Shown in pieces: positions 25,394-40,289 of a DNA stretch of 64,000 nucleotides. A program made the position numbers and the translations under genes. Below the pieces are notes generated by a model. It had not been told where the DNA came from. It searched no databases and worked only from the letters and a program-made list of their open reading frames with translations. Position 1 is the first letter of the stretch, and each line of letters starts with the position of its first letter. Location of the stretch: contig OX597827.1 of NCBI GenBank assembly GCA_951406725.2, positions 34,534,001 to 34,598,000 on the forward strand. Direction: 5' to 3'. Origin of the DNA: Octopus vulgaris (taxonomy: Eukaryota).

Positions 25394-27369
25394 GGAAGGA
25401 TTGTGTTCATACCTTTCTTTCAGGGAACATCAGCAGTGTGACTGAAATCAGATCACAAACAAACCTTGTTTGCCATGAGCTAACTATTTGTATAACAGTA
25501 CTCACCATGTATTTCAGGTACATGCCAAGTGCTACCTCACATTAACTTCAATACTAATTCATAATGTAAACAAAAAAACAAAATACCCAAAATATATTTT
25601 TGTTTCATTGAAGGATAAAGTGGATGTAGTGGGGGGCTTTGTAATAATGATATGGCAGACTGAAGTGGTTTTGCTCAAACTGTGAACATTAAGAACTTTT
25701 TTGTTACTTTGCTATGCTAATTTATCATCTTTAAAATATTATACTTCACTTCCAAGGAAAATGAGAAACTACTATCAAGCTAACCTACTGCCACAAATTA
25801 TCTATAGCTATTGTTCTAACACTGAACTTTGCTCTCACTCTTCCTCTTAGACAGCACCATAGCATGTATAAATTCAAATCTTATAGAAACAGATTTATTC
25901 CCCCACCCACCTCAAGTAGCCTCACCAACAAGGGAAACGTGTGTGACTACTCAGTACACTAGAGATATAAACTGCAGCGTGCAGTTCTAGATAGCCTGAA
26001 AAAGTTGGAATGGTCATGGTTGGAATATTATTTGATCACACCTCCACTCAATTAGAGTTGATCTGGGACTAAATAAGAATAAAACGAAATAGTTATTTTT
26101 CTTTAATGGCTTCATCAGGAAGGGCAATGCAATAGTGTTTTTCACTGGCACCATAACTGGTGGAAGGAAGGAAATTATCCTGACAAAGACCTGACCCAAA
26201 TGATTGCCACTAGTGGCCTATCACTAAATATACATAAAAACCTGGTGTTGATGTCACACTGAGCAATGGATTAAATCTACAGTCCCAAAACACAAAGTTT
26301 TAAAAGCAGTTCAAATAAGTTTCCATCAACAAAAATTTCAGTTACAAAGCTTTGGTCAATCCAAGGATTATAGTAATACACACTTACCCTAAATGTCAAT
26401 GAATGAGATTGGACCTACAACCATGTTGCTGCCAAAATAATAACCTTCTTAACCACACATTCATGCCTGTACTTGGACTCAAGTCACCAGGAGGTTGCAC
26501 TGCATTTTTCTAATATTTAACAATGTGAAATTCTACCTAAATTTTATATATTTCAATGAGACACAAAGTCAATTACTGCAGCAAGGAGTGGGTAACAATC
26601 CATGAGTGTATACCATATTGTAATTACTGTTCCTAGTTTTATCAAGTCTGGAGGAAAAGAAAATGTAAAACTAAAATACCAATCATAAGTAATTGATAAG
26701 AATTGTTTTGTCTCATGTGGTAAATATCAAGATGTTACATGAGTAAACACCAGCCATTTGTATGGCTTTACAGCATTAGCAACCAACTGTATTGCACTTG
26801 CAACAAGATATTGCACTGGCAACACTATATTTCATTAGTAACTAGTTATACTGTAACTACATTGACAGTATTTTGAAGGTAATGGATTGGCTAAAATGTT
26901 AGCAAATTAGACAAAGTGCTTTGGGGTAGACATTTCTTCAGGTTCATTAAATTCTGAGTTCAAATCCCACCAAGGTCAATTTGGTTTTTCATCCCTCCAT
27001 GGTTGATTAAATGACATGCAGACGTGGATGGTATTAATTAACTCACAAGTCCCAGCTTCAAAATTGCTGTCATTGTGTCATTATTAGAAGCAATATATCA
27101 ATAACTTTCTGCCAATATTCTAAGCATTTACAGATTTTTGTTTCTCAATCCCTTAATCAACAGCAGTAACTGCTGACTCTGTTAAGCACCTCCATGAGCA
27201 GTGAGAGGAAGAAATTCTTCTCAGGCTTGATACCTGAATGACTGCAACAGAATGGATTGCACTAAAGTTTTGGCAGAGGCAGCGACAGTGATGGTGATGG
27301 CTGGTAGTATTAAACCATGCAGTGGTTTAAGTCTACCATTGCCCTACATATTTTCTATCATCCATTCTT

Positions 27370-27596
27370 ATTTCTTTATTGCCCAGAAGGGCTAAACATA
27401 GAGAGGACAAACAAAAACAAAGGGATTAAGTCGATTGCATCAACCCCAGTGCATAACTGGTACTTAATTTATCAACCCCGAAAGGATGAAAGGCAAAGTC
27501 GACCTCGGCAGAATTTGAACTCAGAACATAACAGCAGACGAAATACCGCTAAGCATTTCGCCTGGCATGCTAACGTTTCTGCCAGTTCGCTGCCTT
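27370..27596 (-). mobile_element. SINE family A, young copy
   Basis: Reverse complement of the 367-567 type with CpGs retained. Confidence 0.85.
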
Positions 27597-28124
27597 TCTA
27601 TCATCCACTCTGCAAAATACCATCCACAAAGCCTTGGTCAATGCAAGCCCTTAGCAGATAATAATGCTGATGATGACATCAACCAATCAGGATTCACAGT
27701 ACATCCATTTGATCGAATACAAAACATGGCTCAGAAAACCCCTATTCCAGTGATTTTTCCCAAGTCACTAGCTCATCATCGTATGCTAATCCACCATAAA
27801 GTTACCCATTTGCAGCTGAATGGACTGGGGCAATGTGAAACAAAGTGATTTGCTCAAGAAAACAACTCACAGCTGGTCTGCAAACCAAAATCACAATCAT
27901 GAGTGCAACACCCTAACCATTTGGCCACAAGGAGTGTTATTAATGGAACAAAATGTATTATGTTAACCAATTAATTAATTTAACATAAGATTTCACTTCC
28001 TTTATTGACTTGCAATTGGAAGATTAGGTTGAAGTTTGTAATTAGAGAAAACACTGCATAACTTAACCCTGTTTATTATGTAAACACAAATGATACATAG
28101 ACACACACACATTTTTTATGTTTA

Positions 28125-28488
28125 ACTTGTTTCAGTCATTGGACTGCATTCATGCTGTGGCACTACCTTGAAGGGTTTAAATGAACAACTCAACACCATA
28201 CATATTTTTAAGCCTGGTAGTTATTCTATCAGTCTCTTTTGTTGAATTGCTAAGTTATGGGGAAATAAACAAGCCAACACTGGTTGTCAAGCAGTAGTGG
28301 GGCACAAACAATGATACACACATACACACACACATGTATAAGATGGACTTTTGCACAGTTTCTGCCTACCAAATCCACTTACAAAGCATTAGTCAGCCTG
28401 GAGCTATAGTAGAAGACTGGTGCTGTGCAGTGGGACTGAACCTGAAACTATGTGGTTGCAAAGTGAGCTTCTTAACCACACAGACCTG

Positions 28489-28491
<3 letters not shown>
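28125..28491 (-). mobile_element. SINE family B copy
   Basis: CTTGTTTCAGTCATT tail through TTAACCACACAG head. Confidence 0.8.
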
Positions 28492-28541
<50 letters not shown>

Positions 28542-28703
28542 CACACACACACACACACATATATAAGTATATACTTATACATATATATATATATTTCGAT
28601 GGGTGAATGAATTATCCTATGTTTACCATTAACATGGAAAATGTCGAAAGTAAAGGAATTTTATTAACATCTTCGTTCAACTCCATTTATTTATTTATTC
28701 ATC

Positions 28704-28735
<32 letters not shown>

Positions 28736-29530
28736 AGTATATATATATATATACACACACACACACATGTACGTATATATCTGTTAATTTATATGGAACA
28801 AAATATACCTAAATATGGTTTCATTTCCTATGTGGTGACATGTACACACTCTCTCTCTCTCTCACACATACACACACACACCAATCAAAGACCATGTTTC
28901 AGGAAACATATTTGATCTAACATGCCAGCTGGCTTATATATCAAACCTGTCTTAATATGTACAATCTATGGACTCCTCAATAAATGGTTGGCTGAACTGA
29001 AGTCTCACAAGACATATCAGAACTAAACAAATATAAAATAAGAGGCTGTTGGACCCTCATTCGTCAACATTTGATTCTAGACACGTGCTATATATAATTT
29101 TATTGAGCATTTCTGTACCATAAAATAATCAAAAAGCAGTGTGCATGCACACACACACACACACACAATGGTATCGTTTCAAAAACAAGAACATATTGAT
29201 AATTAAACCTTAATTATTTTTGTTTATTTAATCATGTTTCAAAAAGTCTAACGAATAGAAAGAATTTTCTATTCTTTAAATGACCACCCTTACACAGCCA
29301 AAATAGTCTATTTGCTCTATGTTTGAACAGGCCAGATGATCTAACTTTGTCACATCTACCCTACTCTGTCATTCTAAAAATAAATAATCACATCATCAAA
29401 ATCTCAAAGCCATAAGATAATGCGTGATTAATTCAAAATGATGTGAATAAATAAGCATCACATTTGACAGAAAAATCTGAATGCTAAGAACCAAACATGA
29501 ATTTTTAAAAACATTTATTCAGTTCAATTA

Positions 29531-29891
29531 CTCTTTTACTTGTTTCAGTCATTTGACTGTGGCCATGCTGGAGCACCGCCTTTTTAGTCGAGCAAATCGA
29601 CTCCAGGACTTATTCTTTGTAAGCCTAGTACTTATTCTATCGGGTACGTAAACACACCAGCATCGGTTGTCAAGCGATGTTGGGAGGACAAACAAAAGAC
29701 ACACAAACATATACACACACACATACACGACAGGCTTCTTTCAATTTCCGTCTACCAAATCCACTCACAAGGCTTTGGTCAGCCCGAGGCAACAGTAGAA
29801 GACACTTGCCCAAGGTGCCACGCAGTGGGACTGAACCCGGAACCATGTGGTTGGTAAGCAAGGTACTTACCACACAGCCACTCCTACGCCT
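29531..29891 (-). mobile_element. Young SINE family B copy
   Basis: High identity to the reverse complement of 19385-19768. Confidence 0.9.
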
Positions 29892-30299
29892 AAATTACTG
29901 ATTTACCAATAATCTCATCATCACTTAATTGAAGAACATTTAAAGTATATTATTTTTCTAAAACTTGGTAGAGTAACTGTAATTTCTCAAAACAGAATTA
30001 CATCTCTGAGACTAAATCTATAAGTTTGACATTCCTGGATTCCCTTTGTTGAATATTTATTTTGATCCATTTCTATGGGTTTTTCTGTCACATTTAACCC
30101 TTCTGATGTCAACCCACCTGATACTACCCCTGGCTCTGTAGTACAAATCTTGTTTTCAAAATGTCTGAATTAAAATTTTCCACCAAAACTTAGTCTTAAT
30201 TTAAGTTCCTAACACTAGTTTAATAATAACAAAGTTATTTTACAAAATTGTTTATGGTAACAAAAAAGTTAAATCTGTGGATTGTACTAGCTACTGCAG

Positions 30300-30570
30300 G
30301 ACTCAGATTTCTTGGATTTAGACAACTTTCTTGAATATTCATGCAGTACACTTCATGTAATATTGTAAAGACCCATAACTGACTTAAATGACTCTTGGCA
30401 ACTAAAAATATGGGTTGTGCTTTTCATGACACCCTTTATCTAATAAATATATAGAATTTCCTTCTTTTCCAGACATGCAGCACCAAACTATGACACTGCT
30501 ACTACCATATTTAGCTACTGGAATTATATGTTTTGAGTATACAGTCAACCACCAGAGTTGATTTCAGCTC
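30300..30570 (-). mobile_element. Old Tc1 transposase fragment
   Basis: Minus strand reads AKYGSSSVIVWCCMSGK, resembling the Tc1 VKHGGGSVMVWGC motif. Confidence 0.5.
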
Positions 30571-31204
30571 ATCTGTCTACAAGATTTTAGACAGCCTGGC
30601 AATATCCAATTCTAATACATTTGACTTAATGATTCTGAGTTCAAATTCTGCTAAGCTCAACTTTGCTTTGCATCCTTTTGAGGTCAATTAAATACACAGC
30701 AATAGGGTACTAGGATTGATGTAATCAACTATACCTGTCCCATAAAATTTCAGACCCTATGCCTATAGTAGAAAGACATATAATATATATTATAGCATAG
30801 TTATTAAAATGCAATATTGAGTACTAAAATTATAATATATTATCTAGAACGCTTGTAAATTAAATAGTTTTTTTTTTGTTTGTAGCTTCATCATTTCTGC
30901 CAGCACAGTAATTAAAAATTCTCATGCTTAAACTTAATCCATTTAAAAGATCAAAAGTTCTGTTTAATCATGGATCATTTGATTTATAATTGATTACCTA
31001 AATACACTTCAATAATATTTAGGTATTAGTGAATTAAGCAATGCCACCATTGTGTGTGTACATCTACATGTGCATGTGTGCAAGTGTATGCATATGTATG
31101 TTATTCATTCATGTATATGTCTATCTATCTATATATTGTTAGATAAATAGGTATATAAGATATAATTTACAGCATACATGTGTACAGTTAAAAATATATC
31201 CATA

Positions 31205-32592
<1,388 letters not shown>

Positions 32593-32837
32593 ATATATAT
32601 ACATAAGTCATCTAAACGTTCATAAATCAGGAAAAAGATGCACTCATATATCTGTGAATAGAGTGGGTATATTAATTATCTGAAGTGTGCAGTATTATGG
32701 TGACAATAGAGAGCAGTCACCATACTTCATTCCCTATTGGATTGTTACCTAATACTCCAGTGTACCACTTGCATGAAACCAATTGGTAAGATTAGCTGTA
32801 ATGGATGTAAAATACTGTACACTTTGGATAAATATAC

Positions 32838-32888
<51 letters not shown>

Positions 32889-33170
32889 TATATATGCAGA
32901 TAGATAGATAGATAGATGTGTGTTTATACATATATACAATATATATGTGTATGCATATATGCGCATATATATATATATTCTTTTACTTGTTTCAGTCATT
33001 TGACTGCGGCCATGTTGGAGCATCACCTTTAGTTGAACAAATCGACCGCCCAGAACTTATTCTTTCTAAGCCTAGTACTTATTTTATCAGTCTGTTTTGC
33101 CGAACCACTAAGTTACGGAGATGCACCAACATTGGTTGTCAAGCAATGGTGGGGGAACAAACACAGACAC

Positions 33171-33215
<45 letters not shown>

Positions 33216-33235
33216 TATATATATATGTATGTATG

Positions 33236-34107
33236 TAGTTGAAATTTACAGGAAAACAGAAGATGAAGACAGGTGTATAAGCAACAAGCAGGTGTATTAG
33301 TTTGGCGCACAGGAAGATGAGAATGTCTTTTACATTTTGAACCTACGCTCTTCAGCAGAAAGAAACAAGAAGAAATAAACAGAGAGAAGAAAAAGACTTG
33401 TGGAGTTGGCGGTCAATCATAGTAACAGGTTGGACAAAGGTAGTTAGACAGGAGAGCTAGGAAGAAGGGGAGACAATAAAGTACTGGTGATCCCAAAACA
33501 AAGGTGCATGTACATGTGTGTATGTGAGAGTGTATAAGTGTGTGTGTGTGGATAGGGACTGGTGACTTTGACTTGTGGATGATGGTGTGGGTGCTGAGAA
33601 GTGGCCAGTGCTAGTGTGTGTGGATGGAAGGGGTATCAATGAAGGGAGAAGGAGAGTAGGAGTGAAGAGAGGAAGTAAGTGTTAGATGAAGAGAAGAGAG
33701 GAGGGGAGGGAAGTTGAGCCCATGTGGTGCAAAGGAGTGAAGAGAGAAGGTTAATTCCAGTTCATGGCGGAGACAGGAGTCCAGATGGCCCGTGCAAAGA
33801 CAATCTCAACACAGACATGTGTTGTGATGAATGACTGGTAGAGCAGAAATGGTGCAAGACCGGGGTGTCATTGCCAAGTCTAATGTCTCAGAGGTGCTCC
33901 ATGAACTGATCAGCCAAACAGCATCCCGTTTGACTGATGTACAGCGAGGGACAGAAAGAGCAGGAGCTGCAATAAATGATGTTCTAAGAAGTGCAGGTAA
34001 GGGAGCCAGTGATATGATAGGGACAATGGTGGGTGCCTGTGAGGATGTTGGTGTTGGAGAGGTAGGGGCAAGTGCAGCAGTGTGGGAACGAGCCAGGTTG
34101 GGAGGTA
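33236..34107 (-). mobile_element. Penelope-like element 3' part (GIY-YIG endonuclease remnant plus pLTR), Neptune-like
   Basis: Minus strand 33790-34100 reads CCTCPYLSNTNILTG...LTCTS*NIIYCSSCSFCPSLYISQTGCCLADQFMEHL*DIRLGNDTPVLHHF; 3' region is homologous to 57520-57765. Confidence 0.8.
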
Positions 34108-34270
34108 CAACAGGCTTCTTTCAGTTTCTTTCTACTAAATCCACTCACAAGGCTTTAGTTGGCCCGAGGTTAAAGTAGAGGACACTTGCCCAAGGTGCCA
34201 CACAGTGGAACTGAACCCAGAACCATATGGTTGGGAAGCAAGTTTCTTACAACACAGCCAAACCTACACC
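34108..34270 (-). mobile_element. SINE family B 5' half
   Basis: CAGGCTTCTTTCAGTTTC...CTTACAACACAGCCA. Confidence 0.8.
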
Positions 34271-34284
34271 TCTAGAGAAGCCTT

Positions 34285-34372
34285 AAGCCAACAGGTTTTG
34301 GGATCTAATATGAGATAAAGCTAAACCCTTTACGGACATGAAACCTAAGGTAATCCCATAAACTGGCCTTAT
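34285..34372 (+). mobile_element. Short PLE pLTR fragment (32335/58499 family)
   Basis: CCCTTTACGGACATGAAACCTAAGGTAATCCCATAAACTGGCCTT matches the reverse complement of 58565-58610. Confidence 0.55.
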
Positions 34373-34440
34373 CTAACTTTAATATATACTGTTCTATAGC
34401 TTAGTGTGCTTCATTTTTCAGATTTATATTTTTACAGATG

Positions 34441-34478
<38 letters not shown>

Positions 34479-34985
34479 ACATATATAAAGATTTATATAT
34501 ATATATCTTATCATCATCATCATTTAACATCCATTATCCACGCTGGCATAAGTTACATATATATATATAAGCTTTATTTCTAAATTATACTGCACCTTAT
34601 ACCTAGTCAAAAGAAATTATAATTTCTAAATTATATAAATACATCTTATACATTAGACATAAATACAATATATATATACATATGTGTGATTGTGAGTGAG
34701 TGTAAAACATTAACATTGTCTTTGTATGTGTATATATACACACACATATATTTACACACATTTGAGGCCAAACATGCGTGTGTGTGTGTGTGTGTGTGTG
34801 CAATGCATTCACACGTATGAGTTGATATCTTACCACATTCTAAAAATTCATTTAAAAAATCAAGTATGAATTTGAAAAAGAATCTTTGCAACATGTCTGA
34901 TATTGGGGATCCTTTGATGGTGTTTCTTGTAAAAGATAGAGTGGAGCAATCTGTATAAGTGATGAAACAATCTCTATGGTTTCTA

Positions 34986-34991
34986 TTTATT
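34986..34991 (-). promoter_or_regulatory. Candidate polyadenylation signal of the zinc-finger gene
   Basis: AATAAA on the minus strand ~180 nt after the stop codon. Confidence 0.35.
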
Positions 34992-35170
34992 CACATTTTC
35001 AAACTCTAACATAAGGAGATTGGTTTTTCTCTCCACCGTAGACGTTAAGAATTTTAAGGAAGTGGCCAACTGCTGAGGGGTTATCCAGTGTCACAAACAT
35101 GAATGACTTGGCTTTCATAATTACATCTGCACTAGCTGGAAAGGTAATGTTTAATAACTTGCAGTCAGAC

Positions 35171-37159
35171 CTAAGAACTGCTGTTTTGCCGAAGTTTCGA
35201 AGAAATGCTTTTCGAAGCAGCTTTTTGGCAACATTTAGGTTCCTTCTGCTTATTCTGTTTCAATTCTTGAGATGCAGATGTTGAACAGTTTTTAGTAAGT
35301 GGACCCCATCTAGGTGATGCCATGGGAAAGCCTCTTGACCAACCATAGTGACTACCCCAGCCTGGAGACATTGGCGGCAAATAGGTGGAACCCATCAGAG
35401 AAGGAATGGCTGCTGGTTGAAACTTCATAGCTGATGAAGACATCTGCATCTGTCGATGTAGATCACTCGCAGCACCAACATTGCTAGCATCCGGTCCATG
35501 CAGGAGCCATAAGCTGTCAAGCCCTGAATCAAGATGTGAACTTGGTGATGTGATACTATTCTCATTGCAAGAAGATGTTGGCAAAGAACTTGTACCAGAA
35601 GATGCCTCTTTCTGAAGTTGTTGCTGTTGTTGTATGCATGCATTCATCCATTTTGAAAACATGCTTGTATTCTGCTGTTTGCTTGCCATAGACCGTGGGT
35701 CTTGCTGAAAAAATATTTCTTCATCCATTGAGCCCTGAACACACACATGGTTATTGAACTGTGACTTCTGTGAAAACTGTTTTTTGCAAATGCAGCAGAG
35801 CAACGGATTTTTATCAGAACTGTTTGATGGTGCTGTAGGCATCTCCACAGCAACACTATTGTTGTTGTTGTTAGTGTTGTTATTATTGTTGTTGGTGGTG
35901 GTAGTATTAGTTTTATCATGATGTTGTGAGCTTGCTTTTGAAGAACAGTAACCATTTTGGTTGTTTGTGGGAGACTGTTCACTTCTAGTGACTTCCTGAA
36001 GAGAATCTATCATATTTGATTTTTTATCCTCATTCTGACATTGCTGTTCTTTCAACAATTTCAAACCATGGGTTCGCTCATGATTCTTTAAAGTGCTTCT
36101 CTGTGAGAAAGCTTTCCCGCAAGTTAAACATACAAATGGTTTTTCCCCAGAGTGAATCCGTTCGTGATTTCGTAAATTTGTCACTTGACTAAATGCTTTC
36201 CCACAGACCAAGCACACATAAGGCTTTTCCCCCGAATGTGTTCGTAAATGGTTTTTCAAATCTGTTCGCTGGGCAAATGCTTTAGGGCAAACTGTACATG
36301 CAAATGGTTTTTCTCTTGTGTGGACGCGTAAATGGTTTCTTAGATCTGTTCGTTGGCTAAATGCTTTTGGGCACATCATACAGTGAAAAGGCTTCTCTTT
36401 GGTGTGAACCCGTTCATGATTGCGTAAATTTGTCAACTGGCTAAATGCCTTAAGGCAGTAGGAACACGTATATGGCTTGATGCCTGTGTGTACCCTTTCG
36501 TGACAAGTGAGTTCTGCCTGCTGGGCAAAGGACTTCAGACATACAGAGCAAGTATAAGGTTTTATCCCTGTGTGAATTCTCTCGTGATTTCGAAGATTGG
36601 TCAGCTGGCTGAACGCTTTTGAACACGTTAAGCATTTGTAAGGCCTCTCGCCAGAGTGTATCCGCTCATGATTACGTAAGTTCGTGCGCTGGCTGAAGGA
36701 TTTGGAACACACCAAGCAAATGTATGGCCTCTCCCCACTGTGTATACGTTCGTGATTGCGCAGGTTTGTACGTTGACTAAATGCCTTTAAGCATACAAGA
36801 CACACATAGGGTTTCTGACCAGTATGAGTCCTCTCGTGATTTTGGAGGTTCACTTTCTGCGCAAATACTTTTTCACACGTATTACATTTAAATAATTTAG
36901 GTGGAGTGTAAGGCATATTACTGCTTTGTCCACCAACAATCTGATTTGGTGCTTGGCTGGAATTTAGCTTGGTGTTCATTTTCATAGCTGATGTTTTACA
37001 GTTTTGAGAAGTTGACAGGACTGATTCTGAGGAAACCATAGTTGGACTTGAATGAATCAGTTTTGAAGTATCCTGTTTTAAGTTGGCCGGGGACAATGCA
37101 AATGTTCGATTGCAGAAGTTTCTTTGGGTTGGCACCCCATATATTGGGAAAGGATACAT
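35171..37159 (-). CDS. C2H2 zinc-finger protein (662 aa; 10 tandem Kruppel-type fingers, 1 atypical finger, N/Q/S-rich C-terminal region)
   Basis: Uninterrupted ORF; ten CxxC-x12-HxxxH fingers with TGEKP-like linkers (~36068-36891); preceded by a polypyrimidine acceptor; no KRAB/BTB/ZAD domain seen. Confidence 0.95.
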   Translation of the reverse strand: MYPFPIYGVPTQRNFCNRTFALSPANLKQDTSKLIHSSPTMVSSESVLSTSQNCKTSAMKMNTKLNSSQAPNQIVGGQSSNMPYTPPKLFKCNTCEKVFAQKVNLQNHERTHTGQKPYVCLVCLKAFSQRTNLRNHERIHSGERPYICLVCSKSFSQRTNLRNHERIHSGERPYKCLTCSKAFSQLTNLRNHERIHTGIKPYTCSVCLKSFAQQAELTCHERVHTGIKPYTCSYCLKAFSQLTNLRNHERVHTKEKPFHCMMCPKAFSQRTDLRNHLRVHTREKPFACTVCPKAFAQRTDLKNHLRTHSGEKPYVCLVCGKAFSQVTNLRNHERIHSGEKPFVCLTCGKAFSQRSTLKNHERTHGLKLLKEQQCQNEDKKSNMIDSLQEVTRSEQSPTNNQNGYCSSKASSQHHDKTNTTTTNNNNNNTNNNNNSVAVEMPTAPSNSSDKNPLLCCICKKQFSQKSQFNNHVCVQGSMDEEIFFQQDPRSMASKQQNTSMFSKWMNACIQQQQQLQKEASSGTSSLPTSSCNENSITSPSSHLDSGLDSLWLLHGPDASNVGAASDLHRQMQMSSSAMKFQPAAIPSLMGSTYLPPMSPGWGSHYGWSRGFPMASPRWGPLTKNCSTSASQELKQNKQKEPKCCQKAASKSISSKLRQNSSS

Positions 37160-37168
37160 AGTTATTGT

Positions 37169-37205
37169 CTGAGAATAGACTGAACTATGAAGAGAAAGAG
37201 ATAAT
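37169..37205 (-). promoter_or_regulatory. 3' splice-site region of the zinc-finger coding exon (three tandem AGs)
   Basis: Minus strand TCTCTTTCTCTTCATAG/TTCAG/TCTATTCTCAG/ACAATAACTATG. Confidence 0.7.
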
Positions 37206-39706
37206 GTATGTGTGTTTTAATCTCAATTTCAGAGAGAGTTTATAACAAAATAGGTATGAAGGCAGTGCCCCAGCATGGTCTTAGCACTGAAAATAAAATG
37301 AAAAACTACAGGTTGTTATAAATGTAATATGAAGAAGTTCAATCCCTGAGTATGACCACAAATTCCTGGTCAAAATGTTACTTATGAAGTATTAAAATGT
37401 TTATTATGATGTGACTTGATGAGTTGTTTCTTGAGATGGTGATGTAGAAAGCTGTATGTAATGATACATGTATGAATATTCAGCAGCTACATATAAGGAA
37501 TGTTTAAACAATATATTTTCTTCCTCTGATTTCACAACTACATTCAGTTTAGTCTATACAAGCAATAATGAGAACCAAAGTTTTATGAGAATAATGGTGG
37601 TGGTGGTGGTGGTGGTAATGGTGGTGGAAGTTGCGCTGATAGTGAAAGGGTATGACTAAGGATTTTTTATGTTTATTTTTATCTGTTTTTAAAGCTTCAA
37701 ATTTAAAGGGTTTTGTTTTCTACTTTTGGTTATGAAAATTCAATAAAGATGGAACATTTAAGAAAAGCTTCAAGCTATTCAAATATGATTTCACACAAGA
37801 TCTCCATTGATTAAATTTAGTTATTGAAAGGATGCAACTGGAATTTCCTTCACTCAAATAAACCAGGTGAAACCTATATAAGCTCAAAGGAAACTAGTTC
37901 CAATACTGAAGATGTCAATGACATCGGTCAAAAAACTTTGCCTTACAGGGAATTCATCATGACACAATGGCAATCTCAGCCATATTTTTATACCCTCAGA
38001 TAAACTCTTTTCACTGATTTGGCTACTTGCAAAATTAACAAGTATTTTGTTTAGTTGAATATTTCTTCTTTTATCTTTCTTATTTTGTTTCTGGACAATT
38101 TATTGATATATCTTCATTTTGTTGCTGCCACATTGAAGATAAATTAAAATGTCACAATATATATAGCAAATAGGAGGAACTTGAAAAACATTCAAGTGAA
38201 GAAATTTGTACTGTAGGATAAGTTAGTTGACTCCTTTCCAAAACATTCCATTAAGACTGCAAGATTTAAACTTCCTCTTTCTCATTCATGTTAATTCAAA
38301 GCATACAGAGTGACATAGAATATATGAAACCAAAAGCCTCCAAGAAAATCATGAGTTTCAATAAGAAACAAACAGCTTAAAGTTGAATATCTGGAGGTCA
38401 CCAAAATACTATTGTTTGAAATTCAGCTCAGTTCCAAATCTGGTTTACATTTAATCAGTGAGATGTGACTAAATTTCCTGCCATCTGATAGAATCATTTG
38501 AGAACAATGACCCTAAAGATACAAAATTCCTATTCCATATCTTATTACAGAGTTAAGCTTTTCATTTATACTTGTTGGAACAGAGGAGGAAAAAGGGTTA
38601 AACTTGAAAAAGGCAAAATATTCTGTCACTGTTTATGGTCAAACGTATTTCTGAAATATTCTGAATAAATGGGCATCAAATGAAATTAGCTAATTTAGGA
38701 AGATATTTCTTTGGTATATTATAGAATAAAGAAGACAATGTTTTAATGAAATATGTGAACAATCACGAATAAAAATATTCTAAGATGATTATGAAAATTC
38801 TAGCTCAAAATTTTGATTAAAAAAATATAAATTATTTTTAGTCAAATATAGTTAAGTATCCTCCATTAAATTTTTTGTGTTATGTAGTCTTGGAGAGATG
38901 ATACTGTCATGACAAAATGAAGAACATAATCAGCTCTTTGATAGAGAAGTTGCAAATGTCTATCATGTAGTTATTGGCAAGGGTCAGAACACCTCAAAAT
39001 CAAATTCCTTTGAACAATGACAATGATGACAAAATGATTTATAAGAAATTTCTGCTTACACAATCAACTAAATATGAGAGAAGCTATTTCTTGAGGTGTA
39101 TATGTTTATATATAGCGTGTTTATACAGTTCTTCAATCTCAATCTAAATTCTATATGTATAAGTTTTTTATGGTTGTTTTTGGAACTTTAATACACTGGT
39201 AATACCATTCTTTAATTCTGTACATTCTCTCCGTTATATAAATTAATATGTAGAGTGGGTTATATTTTGACTTTTTCTGAGAATATACCTCTATACATAC
39301 ACACATATATATATATATATTGATATGTATCCCAATCAAAGTAGTCCTGAAGGTACTATAGTCAGTAGCGAGATGGTTTTCAACAGAATTTCAAAATGCA
39401 AGTAATGGAATTTGTGAAGCAGAAGTAGCATTAGCACTGCAGTAGAATTGCAGTCATACAGATCAGGGTTCAAATACAATCAGAGACAATTTTGATTTCA
39501 TCTTTCACAAATTAATTGGTAGTACATTCATCTAATTTTACATAGTCATAGTGACTTGAAACTTGAGTAGCAAAAAAAAAAAACCCTCAATTCAATTTAA
39601 ATAAACAATATACTCTATGTCATGTATTGAGTACTCTCTGTTTCATTTATGCATTGTAACATTTCCAAGTGCATGTGTGCATATATATACATATATATAT
39701 ATATAC

Positions 39707-39737
<31 letters not shown>

Positions 39738-40289
39738 TGTGTGTACACTGAGCTGTTAGTCAAATCATCTACTGACAGGACTATCAGTCATTTTTCTTTT
39801 GAGGAAGAAGAAGCTAAGGGAACAAAAATACATTCAATCAGATTTGCTTGGTACTGGAGCATAATAAGGTCCAACAGTAGCTGACATCCATTGTGAATTG
39901 AATCAGTAAAACTGGTTGAGTGACATCCATAGTGTAACTTGGATGACAGAATGTAGGATCTTCAGGATTCCTTTAAAAATAGGCCTAAGAAGAGAGAAAA
40001 AGATAAGGATCAGTGTTAATCAAATCGTGCAGAACATATTTCAAATTACTGTCAGTTATAATCACAGTATTGTATTTGTATTAAAGTGTGTGAAATTAAG
40101 TGTGGTTGTGTATTAATTTAATGTATGTGTGTTCTTTAGTATCTGTGAATAATCTAATGTACTTTTGTGTGTATGTGTATACACAGTAGTGAGTGAGTGC
40201 AGGTGTCTGCAGCTATAAAAGTCACAAAGATAAACAACAGGTTTATCAGGTCACTAAGATTTTGGATTAACAAGTTAAAAGTCAACAGT

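Noticed and set aside
35099-36635. Short ORFs overlapping the ZNF in other frames or on the other strand
   Set aside because: Shadow ORFs of the real CDS
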